From positions 12,728-76,727 of the IMG/VR virus record IMGVR_UViG_3300028559_000025: a DNA stretch of 64,000 bases. One strand, given 5' to 3'. Below the pieces are notes generated by a model. It was not told the origin of the DNA and did no database searches. It saw only the letters and a program-made list of their open reading frames with translations. This DNA is from a virus. The position numbers were made by a program, and so were the translations under genes. Positions within the stretch are counted from its first letter, which is position 1. Every line of letters starts with the position of its first letter. Below, piece by piece: positions 32,097 through 40,854 of this stretch.

Positions 32097-32306
32097 ATGA
32101 GAAAAATATTATCCACCATATCTGTATTAATACTATCTGTCTCTTTGACTTCTTGCGGTATGCTAGAAAACAGATACCGTTATGAGTGCCATGACCCAGA
32201 GAACTGGTATAATAAAGAGTGCACTGTTCCAGTCTGCTTAGCAGATGGATTATGTACAAAAGATATACTTGGTTTTGATCCTGCGGAGGGTGGAGTAAAT
32301 GAGTAG
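32097..32306 (+). CDS. Small lipoprotein
   Basis: Lipobox LTSC and a Cys-rich body. Confidence 0.65.
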   Translation: MRKILSTISVLILSVSLTSCGMLENRYRYECHDPENWYNKECTVPVCLADGLCTKDILGFDPAEGGVNE

Positions 32307-32655
32307 AAAAAGATATTCATCAGATGAATTAGATGCAAGACTAAAGTTTTTCCTTGGAATGACACTAGGAACAATTTTATTGTTTACAACAATGGGTATT
32401 CTTTATGCCCTTGTTTTTGTAACACAGCCAATAGGTGAGCAGTCAGAAAATGATAAGATGTTCTTTAATGTCTTGTCATCTGTGGCAACATTTATCACAG
32501 GTACACTGGCTGGTATTTTGATTGGTAAAAATGGTGGAAGCTCAGAAGTTACACAAACTTCTCAGCCATATGAGCAACAGTCTATTCAGACATCTAAGCC
32601 TACTGCAACACAAGCAGTAGATGAACTTGATGATCTTGATGATTTTATTGAATAA
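32299..32655 (+). CDS. 2-TM membrane protein
   Basis: Two hydrophobic segments and an acidic tail. Confidence 0.6.
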   Translation: MSRKRYSSDELDARLKFFLGMTLGTILLFTTMGILYALVFVTQPIGEQSENDKMFFNVLSSVATFITGTLAGILIGKNGGSSEVTQTSQPYEQQSIQTSKPTATQAVDELDDLDDFIE

Positions 32656-32666
32656 ATAATCAATTC

Positions 32667-32695
32667 TTGACACCATCTAGGGCAGATGGTATACT
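32667..32695 (+). promoter_or_regulatory. Sigma-70/SigA-type promoter with palindromic spacer
   Basis: TTGACA-17 nt-TATACT. The spacer contains ACCATCT-AGGGC-AGATGGT. Confidence 0.8.
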
Positions 32696-32724
32696 TTAAT
32701 ATACACATCTAAAGGGGTTGGGGC

Positions 32725-33249
32725 ATGACTTGTATTGCAGTGGTAAAACATGAAGATAAAATCTACATGGCTGGAGATCGTGGTGCTTCAGATGATGGAA
32801 CAATTCTAGCACTTGATGCACCAAAGGTTTGGAAGATAGGTCCATACCTTATTGGATATGCAGGTGCAATGGATGGAGAAAGAATCCGTTACAACTTTAA
32901 ACCAACACCTCCAAACATTAAAGATACTGATAAGTTTATGCAAACTAGATTTATCAAAGAGCTTCGTGAATTCTATAATGAGTTCTGGGTTGATACATCT
33001 AAAGATGGTGATCTTGGTTTAATAGTGTGTGTGCGTGGTGAAATTTATGAACATAGTTCTGCCGATATGTCTTTATCTAAGTATACCCTTCCATATTTAG
33101 CTATGGGATCTGGAGCTGAGTATGCTTATGGAGTTCTCTATGCAACAGATAAACAAAAAAATGCAAGAAATAGAGTGATGTCTGCAGTATCTGCTGCAAT
33201 TAAATTTAGCCCATCATGCATGGGACCAGTTGACATCGTTAGCCTTTAA
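32725..33249 (+). CDS. Ntn-hydrolase (HslV/proteasome beta-like) peptidase
   Basis: N-terminal M-T-C, AGD and MGSGAEYA motifs. Confidence 0.8.
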   Translation: MTCIAVVKHEDKIYMAGDRGASDDGTILALDAPKVWKIGPYLIGYAGAMDGERIRYNFKPTPPNIKDTDKFMQTRFIKELREFYNEFWVDTSKDGDLGLIVCVRGEIYEHSSADMSLSKYTLPYLAMGSGAEYAYGVLYATDKQKNARNRVMSAVSAAIKFSPSCMGPVDIVSL

Positions 33250-33258
33250 GGGTATACT
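33230..33258 (+). promoter_or_regulatory. SigA-type promoter for a leaderless gene
   Basis: TTGACA-17 nt-TATACT, with the ATG 6 nt downstream. Confidence 0.75.
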
Positions 33259-33264
33259 TAATAT

Positions 33265-33486
33265 ATGGAAGAAGAGTTTGAAGAAGTATTAAATCAAATG
33301 CAAAACAATGACTCAGACTACAAAGAGTTTGAGATTTGGTTAAATAACGGTATTGATAGAGGCTGGATTACAGAGCCTTTCTGCAATACTCATGATGGAG
33401 ATCCATACATGACAGAAGAAGAAATGCAAGAGTGGTCAGATGGTGGAGATCCATGCCAAGTAGTATTTAAAATAAAAGAATCATAA
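33265..33486 (+). CDS. Hypothetical acidic protein
   Basis: CNTHDG and GGDPC motifs. Confidence 0.6.
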   Translation: MEEEFEEVLNQMQNNDSDYKEFEIWLNNGIDRGWITEPFCNTHDGDPYMTEEEMQEWSDGGDPCQVVFKIKES

Positions 33487-33509
33487 CAACAAAAACAAGG
33501 GGTAATAAA

Positions 33510-34376
33510 ATGAAGAAAGTAATCGTAGTTCTAGTATCAGTAGTAATGTCATTTATGGCAATTCAGCCAGCACATGCAGAAGATCAAAAGGTCTTGGCTA
33601 TCATTGACACAGCAATTGACTCATCAAGAATGACAAATGTAATCCATGAAGTATGTTTTACATACAATAATACATGCAACAATAAAGCTGGGTATGATGA
33701 GGGTCCAGGATCTGCAAGAATTAATAACTGGAAGATTAAGGGTGCTCTTCACGGATTTAGTATGGCACAGGTTGCAGTCCAAGCAAATCCAAATGTAAAG
33801 ATTGTCTTTATCAGAATTTCTGATGAAAAGGTATACGATACATTTTCAATGATTCGTAATGATGGTGGATCAATCGCACGTGCTATTGACTGGGTATCTA
33901 ATAATGCATCACGATTTAACATCAAGGCTGTATCTATTAGTCAGTCAAGAAGCAACTTTGCTGCTGGAACATGCCCATCTGATACGCTTTTTGAGGAATC
34001 TGTAAAGAAGCTAAAAGTACAGAATGTTCCTACATTTGTAGCAACTGGCAATGATAGTAAAAAGAATCAAATTGGATTCCCAGCATGTGTTTCTGGAGTA
34101 TACTCAGTTGCAGGTACAGATGCTAAGAATAATATTGTTAGATCAAGCAATGTCAATGCAACAACAAGCCTGCTTGCCTCTACATGCTTTAGTTTTAATA
34201 AAGATGCATGCGTAGAAACAAGAGACTACTTTGGGGTTATGCGCCCAATCGTTGGAACATCTACGGCTACAGTGCTTGCTGCAACACTATCTATTAGCAA
34301 GAATAGTCTGTCAAACTTTGATCAGTTCTTGGCAACATTGCCTAAGTCAGGCAACTATCCATACCTATCAAAGTAA
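33510..34376 (+). CDS. Secreted subtilisin-like (S8) serine peptidase
   Basis: Signal peptide, catalytic triad IIDTA / HG / GTS, oxyanion ATGND. Confidence 0.8.
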   Translation: MKKVIVVLVSVVMSFMAIQPAHAEDQKVLAIIDTAIDSSRMTNVIHEVCFTYNNTCNNKAGYDEGPGSARINNWKIKGALHGFSMAQVAVQANPNVKIVFIRISDEKVYDTFSMIRNDGGSIARAIDWVSNNASRFNIKAVSISQSRSNFAAGTCPSDTLFEESVKKLKVQNVPTFVATGNDSKKNQIGFPACVSGVYSVAGTDAKNNIVRSSNVNATTSLLASTCFSFNKDACVETRDYFGVMRPIVGTSTATVLAATLSISKNSLSNFDQFLATLPKSGNYPYLSK

Positions 34377-34404
34377 GAGGTTTTGGTCTGTAGATTCAGA
34401 CCAA

Positions 34405-34476
34405 TGGGGTATAGTGAAATGGCTATCACGGAACGCTGTTAACGTTCAATACTTGGATCGTAACCAGGTACCCCAG
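34405..34476 (+). tRNA. tRNA-Asn(GUU)
   Basis: Acceptor TGGGGTA/TACCCCA, anticodon arm GAACG-CTGTTAA-CGTTC. Atypical T-loop ATCGTAA. Confidence 0.85.
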
Positions 34477-34480
34477 CAAT

Positions 34481-34554
34481 GCGGATATTGCATAGTGATA
34501 GTGCGTAACCTTGCCAAGGTTAATGTGCGGGTTTGATTCCCGCTATCCGCTCCA
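34481..34554 (+). tRNA. tRNA-Gly(GCC)
   Basis: Acceptor GCGGATA/TATCCGC, anticodon arm TAACC-TTGCCAA-GGTTA, encoded CCA. Confidence 0.9.
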
Positions 34555-34625
34555 AAAAGTTTGATATAATAGTATTGTATTGCCTACGGGGATACATTAA
34601 CTTATTCGCTTGAAAGGGGAATAAC

Positions 34626-35042
34626 ATGGTAACAAAGTACGCTATGGATCTATTCAATGATCCTTTTTTTATTGGCTTTGGCAGGGAGCTAAGTCGCCTT
34701 AATGGTGCATATAAAACAAATTCACAGTCATATCCTCCATATGATCTTATTAAGCTAGATGAAGATACATATAGACTATCACTTGCAGTTGCAGGTTTTA
34801 CAAAAGAAGATATTGATGTATCAGTAGATAATGGTACATTAATTATTAAGGGTGAGATTGTTGAAGTAACAGATGCTGAAGTTGTTCACAAAGGTATCGC
34901 AGCTCGTAAATTTGTAAGATCATTTGCACTTGGAGAATACATGGAAGTAACAGGGGCTGATCTAAAGGATGGTATGCTACATATTAATGTTGATCGTATC
35001 GTTCCTGAAGAAAAGAAACCCAAGACAATTAAAATCAAGTAG
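34626..35042 (+). CDS. Small heat shock protein (Hsp20/IbpA family)
   Basis: YPPYD, LAVAGF, HKGIAAR.F.R.F.L and DGML motifs. Confidence 0.93.
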   Translation: MVTKYAMDLFNDPFFIGFGRELSRLNGAYKTNSQSYPPYDLIKLDEDTYRLSLAVAGFTKEDIDVSVDNGTLIIKGEIVEVTDAEVVHKGIAARKFVRSFALGEYMEVTGADLKDGMLHINVDRIVPEEKKPKTIKIK

Positions 35043-35054
35043 TACAATATAGAA

Positions 35055-35141
35055 GTCCCCACACAGGACCTTAGAGATGGATTAGTTACCCATTTATATA
35101 TAACCTGGCCTTCGTGCCTGAATTACCTGTGTGGGGCTTTT
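35055..35141 (+). ncRNA. Candidate small structured RNA
   Basis: 11-bp closing stem CCCCACACAGG/CCTGTGTGGGG, upstream TACAAT (35043-48) and a downstream T run. Confidence 0.45.
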
Positions 35142-35167
35142 AACATTAGGTGTATAATTATAAAACC

Positions 35168-35443
35168 ATGTCAGAAAAAGAATTGGCAGTTTATAATAAA
35201 CAGCAATTCAAGATGCGCCTTAAGGCAATTAAGGAGGCAAGTGGATGTGTTGACTGTGGAGAATGTAATCATATAGTTTTAGACTTTGATCACATTAGAG
35301 ATAAAAAATATAATATTTCAAGAATGATCCACGATGGGTTTTCTTGGGCAGCAATAAAAAAAGAAATAGCAAAATGTGAAGTAGTCTGTGCCAACTGTCA
35401 TAGAATAAGAACTCATAATCGTTTGACAGAAAAAGCTTCATAG
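35168..35443 (+). CDS. HNH endonuclease
   Basis: CVDCG, LDFDH and CANCHRIRT motifs. Confidence 0.85.
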   Translation: MSEKELAVYNKQQFKMRLKAIKEASGCVDCGECNHIVLDFDHIRDKKYNISRMIHDGFSWAAIKKEIAKCEVVCANCHRIRTHNRLTEKAS

Positions 35444-35480
35444 TGATATACTAGAATGTCGTACTTAACAGGAGGAACAA

Positions 35481-36272
35481 ATGGCGGTAAAAGGTAGTTT
35501 AGAAGCAATCATTGAGGTTGCAAAGAAAGAAGTAGGAACCATTGAAGGTCCTAAAGATAATGAAACAAAGTATGGAAAGTGGAGTGGTGCAAACTTCCTT
35601 CCATGGTGCCAGTCATTTGTTTCTTGGTCAGCATTTACAGCAGGATTAAATCCAAATAAATACCCAAAGACTGCTTCAACAGTTGCAGCAGCAGATTGGT
35701 TTAAGAAAAATAATCGTTGGGCAGATGCTCGTAATGATGATCCAACACCAGGTGATTGGATTTATTTTGATTTCCCAGATGATGGTGTAAATAGAATTTC
35801 ACATGTTGGTATATGCATCAAGAACAATGGCGATGGAACAATTCAAGTTATTGAAGGAAATACTTCAGGAACTGCAAAGGGAGACCAGCGTAATGGCGGA
35901 ATGTGCGTAGAAAAGACTCGTGCATACGTAAAGAATAAAAAGGGAATTATAAATGCAGTAGTTGGTTGGGGTCGTCCAGTTTATGCTGGTGAAGAGAATG
36001 TCCCACTTCTGTCAAAGGGTGGATCAGTATCACAGCCTGCAACAACTACATCTCAGCCTGCAGCACCTGCAGCAAAGAAAGAGTTTAAGCCATTTAAGGT
36101 TGGCTCAAAAGGAGAAGCAGTAAAGAAAGTTCAAGAGCTTCTTAGTCTAAATGCAGATGGTGATTTTGGTCCAGGAACTGAAAAGGCAGTCAAGGCATTT
36201 CAGAAGAAGTCTGGTCTTCCAGTAACAGGAATAGTAGATCAGGCAACTCTAAAAGCATTAAGAGGAAAGTAA
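35481..36272 (+). CDS. Endolysin (CHAP domain + peptidoglycan-binding domain)
   Basis: PWCQSFVSW, SHVGI, IEGNT; C-terminal DGDFGPGTEKAVKAFQ...TGIVD. Confidence 0.92.
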   Translation: MAVKGSLEAIIEVAKKEVGTIEGPKDNETKYGKWSGANFLPWCQSFVSWSAFTAGLNPNKYPKTASTVAAADWFKKNNRWADARNDDPTPGDWIYFDFPDDGVNRISHVGICIKNNGDGTIQVIEGNTSGTAKGDQRNGGMCVEKTRAYVKNKKGIINAVVGWGRPVYAGEENVPLLSKGGSVSQPATTTSQPAAPAAKKEFKPFKVGSKGEAVKKVQELLSLNADGDFGPGTEKAVKAFQKKSGLPVTGIVDQATLKALRGK

Positions 36273-36273
36273 T

Positions 36274-36474
36274 ATGGAATCAACAAAGAAAACACTTCTC
36301 AAAACATTAAGCTGGGAGACATTCCATCTTGTTGGTGTTGCTGGAGTTATTTATTTGTTTACTGGTGAATGGGAATACGCCAGCCTTGGCGCATTGTTAT
36401 ACATTGGTTGGGAAGCTATTGGATATTTTCTTCACGAAAGAGTATGGGCTAAATTTGGAAAGAAAATAAAGTAA
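36274..36474 (+). CDS. DUF2061-like membrane protein
   Basis: ES.KKTLLKTLSW...YFLHERVW. Confidence 0.7.
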   Translation: MESTKKTLLKTLSWETFHLVGVAGVIYLFTGEWEYASLGALLYIGWEAIGYFLHERVWAKFGKKIK

Positions 36475-36475
36475 T

Positions 36476-36658
36476 ATGGCTTTATACGAATATGATTGTA
36501 TGCCCTGTGGTGTCAGAGTTGTTAAGGAAAGATCAATTAATGATTCTGACCCAGGGTATGCATGTGAGACTTGTAATCATACGTTAGTTCGTGTATACTC
36601 TAATGTAGGAGTTGTATTCAATGGCTCTGGCTACTATTCTACAGATAACAGAAAGTAA
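36476..36658 (+). CDS. FmdB-family zinc ribbon protein
   Basis: YEYDC..C...C..C...FNGSGYYSTD. Confidence 0.85.
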   Translation: MALYEYDCMPCGVRVVKERSINDSDPGYACETCNHTLVRVYSNVGVVFNGSGYYSTDNRK

Positions 36659-36667
36659 AGGTATACT

Positions 36668-36922
36668 ATGAGTACAATGATTACAGACGAAGTTGTAGAA
36701 AAAGAGTGGATACTTAAAGCAACAGATCGCTGTGATTCGTGTGCAGCAGAAGCCCTAGTTAAGGTCACTGGCCTTAATGGTGATCTTATGTTCTGCGGTC
36801 ATCACTATAATAAGATTATGGATAATCCAGAAGGATACAATAAGATGATGTCCTTTATGATTAGCGTAGTTGATGAACGTGATAAATTAATTGAAAATAA
36901 AGCAAAAGGTAAAGACTACTAA
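36668..36922 (+). CDS. Actinobacterial-type small Zn-binding protein
   Basis: DRCDSCAAEA...LMFCGHH. Confidence 0.6.
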   Translation: MSTMITDEVVEKEWILKATDRCDSCAAEALVKVTGLNGDLMFCGHHYNKIMDNPEGYNKMMSFMISVVDERDKLIENKAKGKDY

Positions 36923-36956
36923 TGCAAAATAATAAAATTAAGAAAGATATTTGTGT

Positions 36957-37748
36957 ATGAGATTTCACTGGATGGAAAGGGGTAAAGATACTAGTACCCG
37001 TCATCTAAAAACAATTTCTGCAGTAGTTGATGAGTTTGGTTACGAATCTATTCTTCTTGTCTATCATTCTAAAATAGATGATAATTGGATTAAGGCAGCA
37101 CGTGTTTTAGATACTAACCATAAATTTAAATATATGCCAGCTATTAGAACATACGCAATAAGTCCTGAATACTGTGCTATGATGGCTAAATCTTTTCATG
37201 ATATATCACCTAGTAGGCTTATGCTAAATATTGTTTCTGGTGATATACATCAAGAAGAAACATCAATAGATGATTTGGTATGGATTAATGACAAACTAGA
37301 TACTGCAGAAAAAAGGCTTGAGTATACAGATGAATGGCTAAATAAATTTATTAAGATGTCTAATGGCACAGTATCTCAAATAGTCATGGGCGGTCATTCT
37401 AGCAAGACCAAGGCTATGGCTGAAAAATATGGGGCTACTCACCTTTCTATGCTTAATATGCACAAACAGATGTACAACAAACCTGATTTTATAAAAAACT
37501 CTAAACAGATGCTGTCCTTAAGTGTTATTATAAATAATTCTAAAAAAGAAATTGATAGACTTTTACATACCAACAAAGGGTCAGAGCAGTGGACAATATT
37601 TGGAAACAAAGAAAGCGTTAAAGAGCAAATCAATAGCTTAACAGATTTGGGTGCAACTGATGTATTGATCAGCTCACATCCAGAAGACAAAGATGTCTCA
37701 TCAATACATTATTTAATAAAAGAAATGGTAGAGGAACAAAATGTATGA
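36957..37748 (+). CDS. Luciferase-like monooxygenase (LLM) family protein
   Basis: GYESILL, AIR.Y.ISP, RLMLNIVSG and MGGHS motifs typical of LLM/SsuD barrels. Confidence 0.7.
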   Translation: MRFHWMERGKDTSTRHLKTISAVVDEFGYESILLVYHSKIDDNWIKAARVLDTNHKFKYMPAIRTYAISPEYCAMMAKSFHDISPSRLMLNIVSGDIHQEETSIDDLVWINDKLDTAEKRLEYTDEWLNKFIKMSNGTVSQIVMGGHSSKTKAMAEKYGATHLSMLNMHKQMYNKPDFIKNSKQMLSLSVIINNSKKEIDRLLHTNKGSEQWTIFGNKESVKEQINSLTDLGATDVLISSHPEDKDVSSIHYLIKEMVEEQNV

Positions 37749-38148
37749 ATACTATGTAAGAAAAGTAGAAAATGTAGTAGATGGAGATACCATTGATGTT
37801 CTTATTGATTTAGGGTTTGATATTTTGTTTCAATCCCGTGTGAGATTGGCTGGTATTGATACCCCTGAGTCTCGTACAAAAGATTTAATGGAAAAGGCTC
37901 TTGGAATTGAGTCTAAAGAATACCTAAAGAAGGCTCTAAAAGATGCCAAGTCAGTTGTAATTAAGACTGAGAAGATGAACTCATCTGAAAAGTATGGTCG
38001 CATTTTAGGCTGGGTATATATTAATGGAGACACAGTATCTCTTAATGACATGATGATTAATGATGGATATGCGTGGGGCTATATGGGTGATACTAAGGTA
38101 AAGGATTTTGATGTACTTGCTAAGGCAAGAAAGAAGTCTGGTAAGTGA
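37741..38148 (+). CDS. Thermonuclease (SNase-like)
   Basis: VVDGDTID, RLAGIDTPE and KYGRILG motifs. Confidence 0.9.
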   Translation: MYEYYVRKVENVVDGDTIDVLIDLGFDILFQSRVRLAGIDTPESRTKDLMEKALGIESKEYLKKALKDAKSVVIKTEKMNSSEKYGRILGWVYINGDTVSLNDMMINDGYAWGYMGDTKVKDFDVLAKARKKSGK

Positions 38149-38396
38149 GTCACGTACTTTACTTTACTGCTGAATGGTGTAAACCATGTGAAAGAACTAT
38201 GCCAGTAGCAGAAGAATTAAAGAGGGGTGGACTTATAGATTTTATATTTGTTGATGCAGACTACGAAAGAGAGCTTTTTGAAACATTTGGTGTTAAGTCT
38301 GTTCCTACATATATACTTCTTAAAGATGGTCTAGAGGTTAAACGTATGACTGGTGCAAAAACTCGTGAAGAATTCTTGGACTTCGTAAATGCTTAA
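38145..38396 (+). CDS. Thioredoxin
   Basis: WCKPC and SVPT motifs. Confidence 0.88.
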   Translation: MSHVLYFTAEWCKPCERTMPVAEELKRGGLIDFIFVDADYERELFETFGVKSVPTYILLKDGLEVKRMTGAKTREEFLDFVNA

Positions 38397-38733
38397 TGAT
38401 GAAGAAATAAGTAAAATAGTAGACAGCCTAATACTTGAAGGTGGCATAGAGTTTGCTGGTGTTGATCCAGAGAGTGGAGAAATACTATACTCTCTTACCC
38501 CAAAAATAAAAGAAATAATGCCAGAGCTGTATGAGGAGCATATAAACTTCATAAACAATGACTTGATGGCTCTTTGGGAAAAAGGGTTTGTAAATATAGA
38601 TTTTTTTAATGATGATCCATTAATATATATTAGTGATAAATCTTATGATAAATCTGAGGTTATGAAGCTTTCCAGAGAAGAGCGATGGTCTTTGCAAGAG
38701 CTAAAAAGAACCATAGACTCTCAAGAACTCTGA
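38389..38733 (+). CDS. Hypothetical protein
   Basis: Coupled ORF. Confidence 0.55.
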   Translation: MLNDEEISKIVDSLILEGGIEFAGVDPESGEILYSLTPKIKEIMPELYEEHINFINNDLMALWEKGFVNIDFFNDDPLIYISDKSYDKSEVMKLSREERWSLQELKRTIDSQEL

Positions 38734-38745
38734 TATAATGATTAT

Positions 38746-39888
38746 ATGTTGAACATACAAGAAGGCAATTTTGTCATGGGCATGACCAAAGAAGGCATAA
38801 TCCATGGAATGGTTGAGCACATAATGGTAGAGGGTGGAACACTTGGCACACCTGGATCAGAATATTCTCTTGTCTCTATGCCACCAGATAACCCAGCAAT
38901 GTCTGTAAGAATTTATGAAGAAGAAGATGGCGGTTGGGAAGAAACCGCATATAGTATTGGCATGATGTATAGTGATGCTACAAAATTAGAAACCTTGGAT
39001 GGTCACACAATGAACTCAAATAATAACACTGACGCCTATGATAACTCAGTTGGTAAAGCAGAAAAACCTAACTATGCAGAAATAATTGATGAGCGTGAAG
39101 GTGGTAGTGAGCCATCCAACAGAGAGCTTTATAATAGAATTATTGCTGAAGCAAAAGCAAAGTTTGATGTTTATCCTTCAGCAGTAGCAAATGCGTGGGT
39201 ATCACAAGAATATAAAAAACGTGGTGGAACATATAAATCTTATGATGAAGACGATAAAGTTAAAAAAGAATATGAAGGTTGTGGATGTCCTACGTGTAAA
39301 GAATTAAATGTTAACTGTGATAACTGTCCAATGTGTCAGGCTGGAGAAATGAAGTCAGATTGCTGTGGCAATGTAAGCAAGCAAGCACCTTGTTGGGATG
39401 GATATGTACAAAGAGGAATGAAGCCTGGAAAAAATGGCAAAATGGTTCCTAATTGTGTGCCTGCTGCAAAAGCAGATGACTTATGGGAAGATGATGACAC
39501 AGTTGAATACGATACAGATTCAGTATCAAAGGCTGAAGGTTACTCACCACCAGAAGGAGCAAGATCAGCTGCTCGTAAAGCAATTAAGTTTAAAGAAGAT
39601 GGCAAGGCCACTGGTGCAGGAACTGCAGTTGGCTGGACTCGTGCAGGGCAGTTAGCAAGAGGAGAAACTATATCTCTTAGTACTGTTAAAAGAATGTACT
39701 CATACTTCTCACGCCATGAAGTAGATAAGAAGGGTAAGGATTGGGGAAACCAATCAAACCCTTCTAATGGATATATCATGTGGTTGGCATGGGGCGGAGA
39801 CGCAGGATTCTCTTGGTCACGAGGTATTGTTGAGCGTGAAAAGAAAAAGACAGTATGGGTTGGAAGCGCATTTAGTTTTAGAGGTTAA
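38746..39888 (+). CDS. Multi-module phage protein (possible internal head protein)
   Basis: Chain of short conserved modules (YPSAVANAW..EYKKRGG; PCWDGY...VPNCVP; RMYSYFSRH...WGGDAG). Confidence 0.55.
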   Translation: MLNIQEGNFVMGMTKEGIIHGMVEHIMVEGGTLGTPGSEYSLVSMPPDNPAMSVRIYEEEDGGWEETAYSIGMMYSDATKLETLDGHTMNSNNNTDAYDNSVGKAEKPNYAEIIDEREGGSEPSNRELYNRIIAEAKAKFDVYPSAVANAWVSQEYKKRGGTYKSYDEDDKVKKEYEGCGCPTCKELNVNCDNCPMCQAGEMKSDCCGNVSKQAPCWDGYVQRGMKPGKNGKMVPNCVPAAKADDLWEDDDTVEYDTDSVSKAEGYSPPEGARSAARKAIKFKEDGKATGAGTAVGWTRAGQLARGETISLSTVKRMYSYFSRHEVDKKGKDWGNQSNPSNGYIMWLAWGGDAGFSWSRGIVEREKKKTVWVGSAFSFRG

Positions 39889-39890
39889 AA

Positions 39891-40310
39891 ATGGTATCAA
39901 CCTTGCTTATTGGCTTGACATCTATAGTCCTTTGCTCTATAATTATAAGAGTAGTACAAAAGCGTAAGAAGTATTTTGCTAAAATTGTTTATACTCAAAG
40001 CAGTATTCATCAAATAGTAAAAAACATTTTACCAAAAGATCTTTTTGAGGTACCTAAAATACTTTCTCAATCAAGAAAGCATGTCAGTAATAATACTGTC
40101 AAGGTACTGATAATAGAAGATAACGCATATTGGGTACACAACAATATGTTTTATGTGGCAGATGCAGTTGATGGATCAGTAGATTCAGAAACTGTTAGGC
40201 CAGTAGACACAAACAATATGTCAAAGCGAGATATTGATAAGATGCTATTCATACTGGATAGCTTAAAGAATGGGAATTCTGATGATAGTAGCAGTGCATG
40301 GAACGAATGA
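39891..40310 (+). CDS. Membrane-anchored hypothetical protein
   Basis: N-terminal hydrophobic helix. Confidence 0.55.
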   Translation: MVSTLLIGLTSIVLCSIIIRVVQKRKKYFAKIVYTQSSIHQIVKNILPKDLFEVPKILSQSRKHVSNNTVKVLIIEDNAYWVHNNMFYVADAVDGSVDSETVRPVDTNNMSKRDIDKMLFILDSLKNGNSDDSSSAWNE

Positions 40311-40632
40311 CTTTAATGATTATAAAGTCTTTCTTCGTGCTATGAGCGTTGCCCTTTCTGGAATGCAAGATGGAGATACAGAGTTTATAGTTTATTCTGC
40401 TGGACCAGCTTCAATAAACTCATTTGTATCTGAGTTTTGTAATTTATCAGAAAGAGGAATGAAGTCTCGTGGAAGAAAGATTAAGTTTTACAATGTTCCT
40501 TCTTCCTGGATTGAAGAAAACATGCTTAGTGTAAACTATCTTGCTTTCTTGAGCAGACCACATCAGTCTGTATCAAAACTTGTTAAAACTGCAGAAAAAA
40601 ACAACATTGAAGTAGGAATTTTCCGATACTAA
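40282..40632 (+). CDS. SLOG/YspA-like protein
   Basis: MIVAVHGT.DF.DY start typical of YspA/DUF2493-type SLOG folds. Confidence 0.5.
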   Translation: MIVAVHGTNDFNDYKVFLRAMSVALSGMQDGDTEFIVYSAGPASINSFVSEFCNLSERGMKSRGRKIKFYNVPSSWIEENMLSVNYLAFLSRPHQSVSKLVKTAEKNNIEVGIFRY

Positions 40633-40642
40633 AGGGGTAAAA

Positions 40643-40852
40643 ATGATTGTAAAAGATTTAAAAACAATGGAAAAGATTGTTGCAAAGAACAACAACTTGC
40701 ATTGGGATGGTTGGACAGTTGTAGAAACAAAGCAGTCTGATATTGCCAAGACTGCTATTAATGGAATTCGTCGTAATGGTAAATGGTTTTTGGCAAAGAC
40801 TTTCGTACCTGATCGTAATGGCTGGGATATTCCAAATAAATACAAGGAGTAA
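40643..40852 (+). CDS. Hypothetical protein
   Basis: AAGGGG RBS, WDGW motif. Confidence 0.55.
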   Translation: MIVKDLKTMEKIVAKNNNLHWDGWTVVETKQSDIAKTAINGIRRNGKWFLAKTFVPDRNGWDIPNKYKE

Positions 40853-40854
40853 CC

